A DNA stretch of 64,000 nt from Eukaryota sp. GEM-RC1 (lineage: Eukaryota): positions 1,550,001-1,614,000 of the forward strand of contig JAUFOQ010000016.1 of the NCBI GenBank assembly GCA_040285855.1, in the 5' to 3' direction. This document shows positions 54,433-64,000 of this stretch, one piece after another. Position numbers and translations under genes: made by a program. The notes beneath the pieces were generated by a model. It worked only from the letters and a program-made list of their open reading frames with translations. It had not been told where the DNA came from and ran no database searches. The stretch's first letter is position 1; each line of letters starts with the position of its first letter.

Positions 54433-56053
54433 CACTAGCAGCAGTAATTAGTCCCACTACAGAATTAGTCCCACTACAGAATTGCTGTAGTGAGACTAAT
54501 TATGTCTTGAAATCTCAAGTATTCAAACATTTTCATGTTCCTCTAATCAATGAAGTTTTCGACTGAACATCGTAAAGAAGTGTGTTCACACCAATACTAA
54601 ATACACACACTGTTTCTTCATATGAAACACATTCAATCTAGTATTGAACTACTTTTGTACAAGCAAGTACATTTTGATCTGGTTCCAAGAGGGAAGAATC
54701 CTCTGACCCTATTGATTGTTTTTGCCTGCTTTGATCCATCAAACTCGGCTTACAGTGTTCAAAGACACCTTCCCACAAGATTATCAGAATTCGAGAAAAA
54801 TGTTCATGAGACAAATGTGTAGTGCGTAACAAATTATTCAAAATAAAGAATGAACCGTAATTCGACTGAGAAAATTGCATTTGTAGATTAATATTAGACT
54901 ATGAATGAAAAGGAGTGTCCTCATTTTTGACTGCTGTCTATGTACTTACGAACATTGTTGACGAAAGACATGATCGTTGGAATGCAGTTGAAGACCAGGA
55001 ACACATCAACACTTGTATTGGTGAACAGGGACTCGTTTAGATGACGTGATTGTAAGAGGATGAACGATTTCTGTTTTCAATGAGTTTTATGAATACATCT
55101 TTACAGCAAAATTTATTTTAGCGTTACTAAGGTAAATAATCCCGTCTTTGCTGCTTTTCTTTTGGATTTAAAAAACTGTTCATCGTTTATTACTCAACAG
55201 CCTAGACCTTATGGTCTTCATCTCAATAATGAGGCTTGGAAACTTAACATGCGTCTTCGCGTAGGTCTGTTTCCATCTGAATTGTTAGCTAATACTATGT
55301 GTTGTTGTGAAAGAGACAAAAGGCTGACTTCAGACACATTGTTAGTTGCAAAAAATTTCTTCAGTTTAGATCGATTTTACACAATGCTGTTCGTGACGTT
55401 ACGTATGAAATGTTTAAATGTCATGGGTTTAATGGGAAAATCGAACCTCTTCTTAAGCATTATAGTGATGATAATATTACCAATTCTCGACGAGGTGATC
55501 TCTTGATTCTTGTCAAGCTGTGATAGATTTTACTACTGTGGATCCATGTGCTAAAGTATATTTGAATTCAGTTTCGAGTGATACTGAAAATCATTTATCC
55601 AAAGCTGAAAAAAGAAAAATTAGTACATATTCTGACACAATGATCAAACTGAATTCCAATTTGTATTCTTCTTTTAAGTTCATTCCTTTTGCTATTTCAA
55701 TTCTTGGTAATATTGGATTTGCTGCTGAAAAATTCTTTGATGCCTTTTCAAAGTTGTGCCGTGACCATAGGAAAACTTTTAATCAGTCTATTTGGCGCAA
55801 TCGCATTGTTTTTTCCTTATATAGAAGTTTCCCAAAGTATTTGAATCGTATTCTGGACAAATTGTATCGTGGTAGTTCAAGAGTAGATGTGGATCATTTA
55901 ATATCTTTTATGTACTAGTTGTTTGTATTCCGTTAATTTATAACATAAAATTATTTAAAGCATCTTTACAGCAAAGTGAACTTCTGGACTTCTGCAACCA
56001 AAAATATTTGAGGACATAATTAGTCTCAGTGAGACTAATCACTGCTGTTAGTG
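54433..56053. mobile_element. TA-flanked non-autonomous DNA transposon with CACTA...TAGTG termini, carrying a nested retrotransposon
   Basis: Left end CACTAGCAGCAGTAATTAGTCCCACT versus right-end reverse complement CACTAACAGCAGTGATTAGTCTCACT. TA lies on both sides. Tandem AATTAGTCCCACTACAG subterminal repeat. Absent from copy 1. Confidence 0.85.
55111..55960 (+). mobile_element. 5'-truncated non-LTR retrotransposon (CRE-like; Cys/His knuckle + restriction-like endonuclease) with 15-bp TSD
   Basis: CATCTTTACAGCAAA at 55096-55110 and 55961-55975. The frameshifted ORF reads MRLRVG...CCC...H..SC...HNAVRD...EP...RRGDL...DFTTVDP...AEKRK...Y...FIPFAISILG. Confidence 0.88.
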
Positions 56054-56337
56054 TATATAGAGTCAATGATGGTTAATTTTACATTTGATAAAGTAGTTCA
56101 CTAGATGGTTAATTAGCAATGTTAATTACAGACTTCCCTCCATTGTCGCTTTAGTCTGAAATTTCTTCTTATGACATGGTGGAGAAACTTTAGAAGTTTG
56201 GAGTTGAAGTTAACATCGATAAACGGAATCTATGAAGTTGTTTGGATCTAGTCTGAACATTTTTGTATGGAATTCATTATAAGGATATTCTTTAAAAGTT
56301 GAACTAGAACAACAAACATGAATGTACTTTCTTATAA

Positions 56338-57318
56338 TTAGCTGTAAATTCGTTTACTTTTAATTTCTACATGGCTGAATGATGACCTTCTTTTAACCTG
56401 GTGATCATGATCTCCAACAGTTGATAGGCTTCTCCTTGAAGTTTTGGGATGAAACTCTCTTGCAGGTTCAACCTTAATGGTTCTTCCTTCAACTACTTTT
56501 CCATTCATTCTTTCAACAACTTGATGAACAATATCTTTTCGAAAGTATACAAATCCATAACATCTTGTTCTACCATCAGAATCTGTAACTAGCTCTGAGT
56601 GTTCAAATTCTGGAAAACAAGAAAATATATAGGCTAGACCAGTGTTATTAGTTTTGTAAGAAAGATTTCCAACAAAAACTTTATACAAATGAAGAGATTT
56701 TCTCTTGGAAATCTGGTGCTCAGGCAAAACAGAAGAATTCTCCGAATCAGGTATATCAACCACTTCTTGAGAACTTAGTGCTTTGAACGCCTTGAGAGCC
56801 GGTAGATGAGGTAAATCGTCTTCAAGAATATGAAAAGGTGGTTCGGGGGATTTCACTCTTTGTGGTGGATGAAAGTCTAATGGCAGTTTGACAAGGTGGG
56901 TGTGTAGTATTCTGACAGGAATCGATGGAGATCCATCCTTGACAGGAATTGCGTTGAAAGTGTCCAAAACTGAGGTATCGCCGATTGCACAACCAACATA
57001 GCAGAGAGAGTGTAATGATTTGAGTTTTGTGAGAGAAACGATAAACAATGGTGTGAACGGAAACGATGTAGGCTTTTCCATATAAACAGCTCCGCGAACA
57101 TTGACTGAATCATCTTCCAGAGGTGTACATTGATGCGGATAATCATTTAAAGGACAACGAGAAGAGAACTGGATCAGTTTGTTGGGAATGATACTGATTT
57201 CATTGAAGTGAAACTGCTTCTTACAACAAAGATCAAGGAATAGATCAGCACAAGACGAAACTTCAGGAGAGCCAAGAAGTATTGATCCAATCGAAGTGTC
57301 AATTAGAATTGAAAACAT
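56338..57318 (-). CDS. PPIL4: Degenerate cyclophilin + RRM protein (PPIL4/Cyp59-like), intact copy 2, 326 aa
   Basis: MFSILIDTSIGSI...FLDLC...RGAVYM...VRILHTHLV...SPEPP mirrors the PPIL4 N-terminal domain and linker. The RRM has RNP1 and RNP2, followed by a short basic/Ser tail. The start is set where similarity between the copies begins. Confidence 0.78.
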   Translation of the reverse strand: MFSILIDTSIGSILLGSPEVSSCADLFLDLCCKKQFHFNEISIIPNKLIQFSSRCPLNDYPHQCTPLEDDSVNVRGAVYMEKPTSFPFTPLFIVSLTKLKSLHSLCYVGCAIGDTSVLDTFNAIPVKDGSPSIPVRILHTHLVKLPLDFHPPQRVKSPEPPFHILEDDLPHLPALKAFKALSSQEVVDIPDSENSSVLPEHQISKRKSLHLYKVFVGNLSYKTNNTGLAYIFSCFPEFEHSELVTDSDGRTRCYGFVYFRKDIVHQVVERMNGKVVEGRTIKVEPAREFHPKTSRRSLSTVGDHDHQVKRRSSFSHVEIKSKRIYS

Positions 57319-57701
57319 TTTGGGAGAATTACCATTGCTGAGAATTACACACACAAGACAACAACATGAACAAATAAAATAAGACTATTGAAACCAATTA
57401 ACTTTCGAACTGTCCAATTCCGGCATGTAGTTACCACTAATCCGCCGAAATGGAATCATCATATCCATGGACAAAAACTATATATTCAAGAAGAAACAAC
57501 CTATATTTCAAAGCAGTGATTAGAGATGGGAAAACATTCGAGTACTACTCAGACGTCGTAGAAACTGTTCATCACGTATTTTTTTATATTATTATTGGAG
57601 ATAAATTAACAAGTACAGTCTAGGTACATGTACATGGAATTTTTCAGAGTATTCTTGAGAAAGTAGAAAACAATTACAGATGCAGTTTATATACAAATAA
57701 A

Positions 57702-60163
57702 TTACTTCCTTGTCATTGCAGCTAAGCACTCAATCATTTGATTGACTTTCTCAGGATTTGCAAGATAGAAATCTGCAGCGGTTGGTCCTGAACCTACCTT
57801 GATAGTATAGACACTTGTTTGGTCATCCAGAACAAACTTGTCTGAGCTAGAAGTCTTTTGAGAGAAGAAAGTGGAAACAGAATTCAACATTAATCTACCT
57901 ATAACCGCTTGCTGTGATGAATCTTTCAATTGAAGCTTTTCCTGATGAACAGCATTATCAGAACTATTTTTGAAATACTCAAACATTTGCTCATCAGTCA
58001 CATCATCACCAATCGTCATAATCCAATCAAAAGGCTTATCCAAAGAGGAAAGTACAGTCTTCACTGCCGTTCCCTTATTTAAAGTTTTAGATCTAAACTC
58101 AATTACCTTATCTCCATGTAACATATCAATTGGAAGTGACGTGCACATTTCATTAAACAGAGAACCAAGCTCAGACAAATTAGTGGAAACAAGAATGTTA
58201 TCACAATTACGGTAATGCCAAGCCAAAGAACATTGCTTCTCTTCAATTGAAGATCCAGGCACGTGACTAACAAGAACTTCTAGCAGAGGTCGGAGAGACT
58301 CCTTTGCATAAGCAATGATCTCACGTTCTTGGTTTGTAATCAGTTCAGTCCACTTTTGATCATTAGGATGCTTTAAACAAACCCCGTGTTCTCCTACCAG
58401 ACCAATACCTTTTACAGTTCCAAAGAATTGATCTAAGTCCTCACGTTTACGACCAGAGACAATGTAGACAGTGTTTGAAGGATCTGATATGATGGAACTA
58501 AGATTTTTCAACAGAGATTCATCAGGAACTGCTTGGGAAGGTTCAGGATAAAAGTCCACCAAAGTTCCATCATAATCTAACAGCAGTACTCTAGATCGAG
58601 ATGAAACAAAGGTCGACGTTAGGGAAAGGGAATCAAGAGGAGAGGCGGCAGAAGAAGATGGCAAATGAGAGTAAACCTCCTTCCAAGCTCTCTGATGAAG
58701 TAGAATCTTGTTAAACCACTTATCCACGCTATTCTCTTTCACAATCCAATTGAGGTTTCTAACATGACGAGAAACACGCATAGGTTCTGGCATGACTAGA
58801 GCATCGTAAACGAGTATCGCTGATTGTTCAACGTCACAAGGATTACACAGTAGAGCTCCGTTTAATGAACTGGCAGCCCCAGCAAACTCTGAAAGAACGA
58901 GGACTCCTGGGGAGTGGTTTTGACAGATCTCCATCTCTTTCTTAGCTTCTTGACAAACAACGAACTCACTAGCTACAAGATTCAGACCATCACGTGCAGA
59001 AGAGACCAAACAAACGTCAGCCATTGAGTAGAGTGCACATAGAAGGGACCGAGGAACAGCACGATGGAGATAGACACAAGGAGTCCACATTGGGGTAGAG
59101 AAATCCCCATTGATTTCTCCTACCAACCGATTGATGTCTTGTACCAGTTGAGCGTATTTAGGTACAGTTTCTCGAGAGGGAACAGCTACTTGGATTAAGA
59201 CGACCTTGTTGTGGAGTTCAGGGTGAGTTTCTAGAAGGACTTTGAAAGCTCGTAGTTTGAGTAGAAGGCCCTTGGAAGGATCCAAACGGTCACATCCCAC
59301 GATGATCTTCTTGTCTTTGTGTTGGGATAGGAGTTGAGAGTACATATCAACTCCTTCTTCGGATAGAAGGGCTGAAGAGAAGGTAGATGGTTGTATTCCG
59401 ATGGGGAAGGAGTACGTCCAGGTGTAACGACCTTTGTAACGAACTACAAAAGATGAGGACTTTGCATTAAGCACTTTCACGCAGCTAGAAAGGAAATGTT
59501 GTACGTATGCATTGGTGTGCATTCCGATCAAATCACATTGCAAGAGACTCTCCAGGATTTGTTCACGCTGAGGAAGAGCACGGAGAAGCTCTGATGAAGG
59601 GAATGGGATATGTAGAAAGAATGAAACAAATAGATTATCAGCTTCGGAACCATAGCGTGCTTTCAGTTCCTGACGGAGGAAAGAGGGAACTAGAAACAAA
59701 TGGTAGTCTTGAAGGAACACGCAATCAGTAGTCTGTGGATCAATGTTGTCAGCGATGGTTTTGGCAAAAATCCTATTTGCTTCGACATAAGCATGCCAAT
59801 CTTCGTGTGTTAGCGTGTCCAGTTCCGGCATGTAATGGAGCAGCAACCAAAGTACTTGGTTAGAGAAGCTGTTGTAATACAGGTCATATCTAAAGTAAGA
59901 AGAGTGAATGAATGACCATACATTGCATTGTCAATGTGAACAGGAACATAGTTGTGATCAGCGAGCTGAGTTCTGGCTTCCAAAGATAGGTCCTCTTCCG
60001 ATTCCGTTCCTATGTAACCAATCCAAAGACGTCGACTTTCATCTATGGACCCAAGGGCCGTGGCCAGTCCACCACTGCCAGGTTTGACGGATCCTTGAGC
60101 ATCCAAGGTAATAGGGAGTCTATTAGAGACAACAACAGTTCGAGATGCGATTGTGGAGGTCAT
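57702..60163 (-). CDS. TPS: Fused trehalose-6-phosphate synthase/phosphatase (GT20 + HAD), 809 aa, two exons: complement(join(57702..59889,59922..60163))
   Basis: Motifs VVSNRLP, GSGGLA, QDYHL, FFLHIPFP, GCDRLDPSKG, RDGLNLV and LSEFAGA; HAD motifs DYDGTL, VSGR, NKG and GDDVTDE. The spliced length of 2430 nt is a multiple of 3. An alternative upstream ATG lies at 60259. Confidence 0.95.
59890..59921 (-). other. 32-nt spliceosomal intron
   Basis: GTATGGTCATTCATTCACTCTTCTTACTTTAG. Removing it gives DNAIYDLYYNSFSNQVLW, the conserved TPS YY.GFSN..LW region. Confidence 0.92.
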
Positions 60164-61763
60164 ATAAGGGATGAAAGGGAAAGAAGTCGACAAATCTGGA
60201 ATTGACTTGTGTTGACTTATTGTTGACAAAGCGTGACGTGCAGTACAAATAACTGTCATTTCCTCTCATCTGTTCATTTGATTTGCGATTTCGCTACACG
60301 GTAATGTTGATCCGCTGCACAAGGATTTTTCACTTCTTTTGGTAAATTGTGTTATGAGTACAACAAAGTTTTCAATCAAAAATTTCAGTTGATTAGGTTA
60401 ACGTTTGCACTGTTTCGCTCCATGTACAGATACTTTAATTCATTTTTAGGTAAGTTTTTGGTGAAGAACATAAGGATCATCCTAGTCGTATCTTTCAGCT
60501 ATTTTGTTTAAAATCAATTATTCTAGATTTCACTCTATTGATCGCAAACCCCGTTTTTCTCTCCCACTCGCCGTTGTCTTTAATTTGTGCAGCATCAGGA
60601 TCAGAAAGAAGCTCACTGATACACTCAAGGATACCTGCTAAAGTGGTAATAGATATCTACTAAGTGTCTTTAAAAAGGATCTTTTATTTTTAGCTTTCAC
60701 TTATTCTACTCTTAGAGATTTATAGTATTGTGGATTTCCAGTCGATGAGGGAAGAAATTTCCCCTATGAACATCCCTGTTTTAAAGTGGTTTCACACTCC
60801 AAAACAGGAGCTTTGTGGCCCTCCGGAAACAACAAGAGCAAATTCGTTGAAACCACACTTTAGCAGATAAGAAAGAATTTTAAAATCCAGCCACATCGAA
60901 CGATCGTCTATCTTGTTTAACGCTTTCTGAATTTTTTTGACTCGTGATGTGTATCATCAACCGACACTTGGGTCCTATTTCACTGTTAGATATCTCACAG
61001 TCATACTGTTCACCAGCTCTACAGACATACACATAATATCTCTTTCCAATACAAGGCGGCAACAGATTCTTTCAAAGTCTATCAGCCACAGTTCCATAAA
61101 GCGATCTTTCAGTTTCTCTTTCCTTATTTTCAAAGAACGAAGTATTTAATTTTCTTTTTTCAGTTCAGCGTTATTTCTTGCTTTTTCGGTCATATGATCT
61201 CTCCCCAGCAATGTACCTGAAGCTGGTCAAAAAGTGATTAGGCTTCAGCCGTACTTGTTGACGTTTCTAGTGGTTCTATTATTTACCTTTAATGGTTTTC
61301 CATCAATTTAACAAAAAGACTGAATGGCTTTGTTGATATAAACAGCATGAGAAGAAATTGCAGTGGATTTACCTTCTGAGATTAGTACAGATTCTTTAAT
61401 TTGGCAATGGTATCAAACAAACAAAATTTCAAATAGGCAAACAAACTTATTCTGATTGCGGGAAGGGGAAACTGATATGATCATCAATTGTAATGTCATC
61501 AAAGTTTCCATAAACTCATTTCTCTGACGGACTTTAATTTTGATATCAATTCCTTCTTCAAATGTTGCTCTTTGATGAAATTAGTCAGACGAAAATTCTA
61601 TATTCGAGTATACAAAATTGAGTTTACAAACCAAAGCGGTAGCAAAGCAAAGCCAAAGCCAAAACGGAGCAATTGTATAAGTTTTGAACTAGTTTTGTGT
61701 TCAAACTATTACTGAAAGTTTACTAGTATAGGACCTATGACTTTTTTCAGGTATACCTATTTC

Positions 61764-62442
61764 TAGGGATGGGGAAACTGCAACTCCAATTCACTCCAAA
61801 CAATAAATTTTACAAGTGAACTTCACTCCAATTTCATTTCACTCCAACTCAAGTAACTTATAGACTTCACTTCACACTAAATTTATTGAATTAATGTTGT
61901 CTTTATAAAATTCCTCTCATTTGACGCTTTTGTCACTTCTACCAGATATACTAGTATTTACGATAACTCAATGTGTTTCCATTCACACTGAACAAGAACT
62001 CTTATATATCCACCGTGATGGTGGCTTCACAATGTATCCTTTTATCCTTTTATGAGAATTTTCAGCGGTTACTAAAGAAGAGTTTCAGAATTTGTTTCAA
62101 AGTCTGTGTTCAAAATTTGCTGCGCAGTTTGAACATGACTTGCTGGACGACAGTTTTAACATTTTCGCCTTTTAAGTGAAAGCGTAAATAAGCTTATTTC
62201 ATTTTGGTCAATAATAATATCTACAATTAGTGCAACACCCCTTGATGAAGATGTTTTTTTGTAAATTATGTACAATATTTACTTAGGAATGCTAATGAAA
62301 TATGTAGCAAGTTTCACTCCAACTCGACTTACTCATACAATTCCACTAGAAACTCCAACTCGACTCCAACTTTCAAGAAATTTGGAGTGAAGTGAAGTAT
62401 GGAGTCTGGAAGTAGAACTCGAATGGTGTATTACCATCCCTA
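61764..62442. mobile_element. hAT-like non-autonomous element, 679 bp
   Basis: Termini TAGGGATGG and CCATCCCTA. The 8-bp flanks CCTATTTC and CCAATTTC match at 7/8. Many subterminal ACTCCAA repeats. Confidence 0.85.
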
Positions 62443-64000
62443 CCAATTTCTCAGAATAACTTTTAATACAATAATAACAGTGTATATGGCTTTTCTCTTA
62501 CAAATTAACCCGGACCTACTGAAAAATCATATCTTTTCTTATGTTAATCTAGGAGGAGTAGGTTGTACATCTTCCAAATACTGGACAAAAGCTGTTTTTC
62601 TGGGTGGGGAAAAATTTTGTATTTGAATTTAGTCAAAGATATTCTGACAGATGGTCGCTTCTAGAGTCTGTTAATGGTTTCTATTTAGATAACCTTCGTC
62701 AAGAAGTCAATTCACTTAATCCAGCAGTTTGGTCCACTTGTTTTCCAAGAGACATCCAAAATAACCCTGAAAGAAATTTACTATCTTTAAGATCTGCCCT
62801 GAAACAGCTTCAGCATCATATTCAAAACATTTGGCAAGTTTGGATTTTGTTGTTCCTAATTGCTCGGCTGAGCAAAATAATTCTACTTACGGAAATTTTT
62901 GGTCAGATTTGCAAGCAGCTCTGCATTGGCTATTCTTAATCAAATTCCGCAAATTTATGGATTGTGATTGAACGATCATCAATGGACCACTAGCATGCGT
63001 TTAAGATGTTATTTATGGCATCATAATCTACCCAGTGATTGTTATTGTCAATGTGGACAATTGACGTTGTCTCTTATGTTTTCTAGTTCGCATTACATTA
63101 CCTATCGATCTTCTATCCATGACTCAGTAAGAGATCAAATACATGCTATGCGCAAATCTTACAAAATTGAATCATTCATTGAACCATTGCTTAGATCTCT
63201 TGACATCAATCAACCAAAACAAAAAACAAAATCCTGTTGGACAAAGACGTGCTGACCTTATTATATCTTCTTCTCAATCATTATCAGTGATTGATGTTGC
63301 TTCAGTGGATGTTTGCAAGAAAAGTTGTGACGTATTAGTTGCAAAGGAAGTATCACCTCTAGACATTGCAGAAAATAACACAGTATGTTGATCCACTCGA
63401 AGACTTGGAAATAAAGTAAAATATGAAATTGAAGCCCCGGGGCCTGTCCGTATAAGCCCCATCTTAAAATCGGCTACTATTACGTGGTGGGGCTTCTCTC
63501 TATAAGCCCCTTACCAAATCATGTTCTGAAGTCTCAGTTGTGTCGCATGTAGTGGATTCACTGTCAAAAACAATAAAAACAGTTACTCATCAACAACTTC
63601 CACATGTGACTCACCCAATTCTAACTCACACAATATGGCCAAATCCTCGAAGATCGATACTTCAAAATTCTTTATAACCAGGGGCTACTATTACGTGGTG
63701 AGGCCTCTCCGTATAAGCCCCATCCAAAAATCGGCCACTATTGCGTGGGGGCCACTATTACGTGGAGGGGCTTCAATTTCATATTTTACTTTACATTGTT
63801 CATGTTGAATATTCACTTATCCCATATGTGATTTCTATGTAAGGTCGTTTGGGTAAATTAGCCACGAAGTTCTTAGATGATTTTGCAAAGGTTGTTGCTC
63901 GTAGATCTAACAAATATTTTGACTGATCTTTTTGGCAGATCAGAATTGCCTTTACAATTCTAAAAGCAGTTCCCACAATGATTTCGAAAGCTTCATTATT
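62443..64000 (+). mobile_element. Degraded RLE-type non-LTR retrotransposon (RT C-terminal region, Cys/His knuckle, endonuclease), interrupted by a MITE and running to the window edge
   Basis: Fragments LGGVG...AVFLGG; WTTSMRLRC...CYCQCG...HDSVRD...IEPLL; RRADL...VIDV; and after the MITE, LIPYVISM*GRLG...SFWQIRIAFTILK. Stops and frameshifts throughout. Confidence 0.82.
63412..63793. mobile_element. TA-flanked pogo/mariner-like MITE nested in the retrotransposon
   Basis: Perfect 27-bp inverted ends including TA (TAAAGTAAAATATGAAATTGAAGCCCC). Internal TATAAGCCCC and CTATTACGTGG repeats. Confidence 0.92.

Larger units (their letters stand above)
33663..57322. repeat. Tandem segmental duplication, copy 2 (includes an insertion of about 1.9 kb at roughly 54402-56335)
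   Basis: Colinear with 10601-32385. Confidence 0.95.

Noticed and set aside
60740..60770. Hammerhead-like core (GATGAG-hairpin-GAA)
   Set aside because: It lacks CUGANGA and a correctly placed GAAA.
60880..61600. Minus-strand coding-like stretch with stops
   Set aside because: No recognisable motif; it may be a pseudogene or TE relic but I cannot support a call.
1..64000. Bacterial origin (giant autotransporter/adhesin locus)
   Set aside because: There is a spliceosomal intron, a PPIL4-like gene, eukaryotic TE classes, and no C-terminal beta-barrel.

Overview
This window is eukaryotic, probably a compact protist genome: standard code, a 32-nt GT-AG intron, and eukaryote-type DNA transposons and non-LTR retroelements. 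It is dominated by one giant gene with no supported intron (3283-31350, +). Once three single-base frame breaks are bridged it encodes about 9,356 aa: signal peptide, about 20 degenerate adhesin/passenger-like beta-solenoid modules, a pectin-lyase/Pmp-type beta-helix, a Cys-rich region and a multi-pass membrane C-terminus. A convergent degenerate cyclophilin-RRM (PPIL4-like) gene follows it. About 21.8 kb (10601-32385) is repeated in tandem at 33663-57322, giving a 5'-truncated, multiply frameshifted second giant gene and an intact second PPIL4-like gene. The two copies alternate between identical and diverged tracts and share two frame breaks at identical positions. The right end carries a fused trehalose-6-phosphate synthase/phosphatase gene. 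Intergenic spaces hold five TIR-bounded non-autonomous elements, three RLE-type retrotransposon fragments and transposase remnants, several of them nested. Many frame breaks look like long-read homopolymer errors, which cannot be told apart from biology without reads or transcripts.
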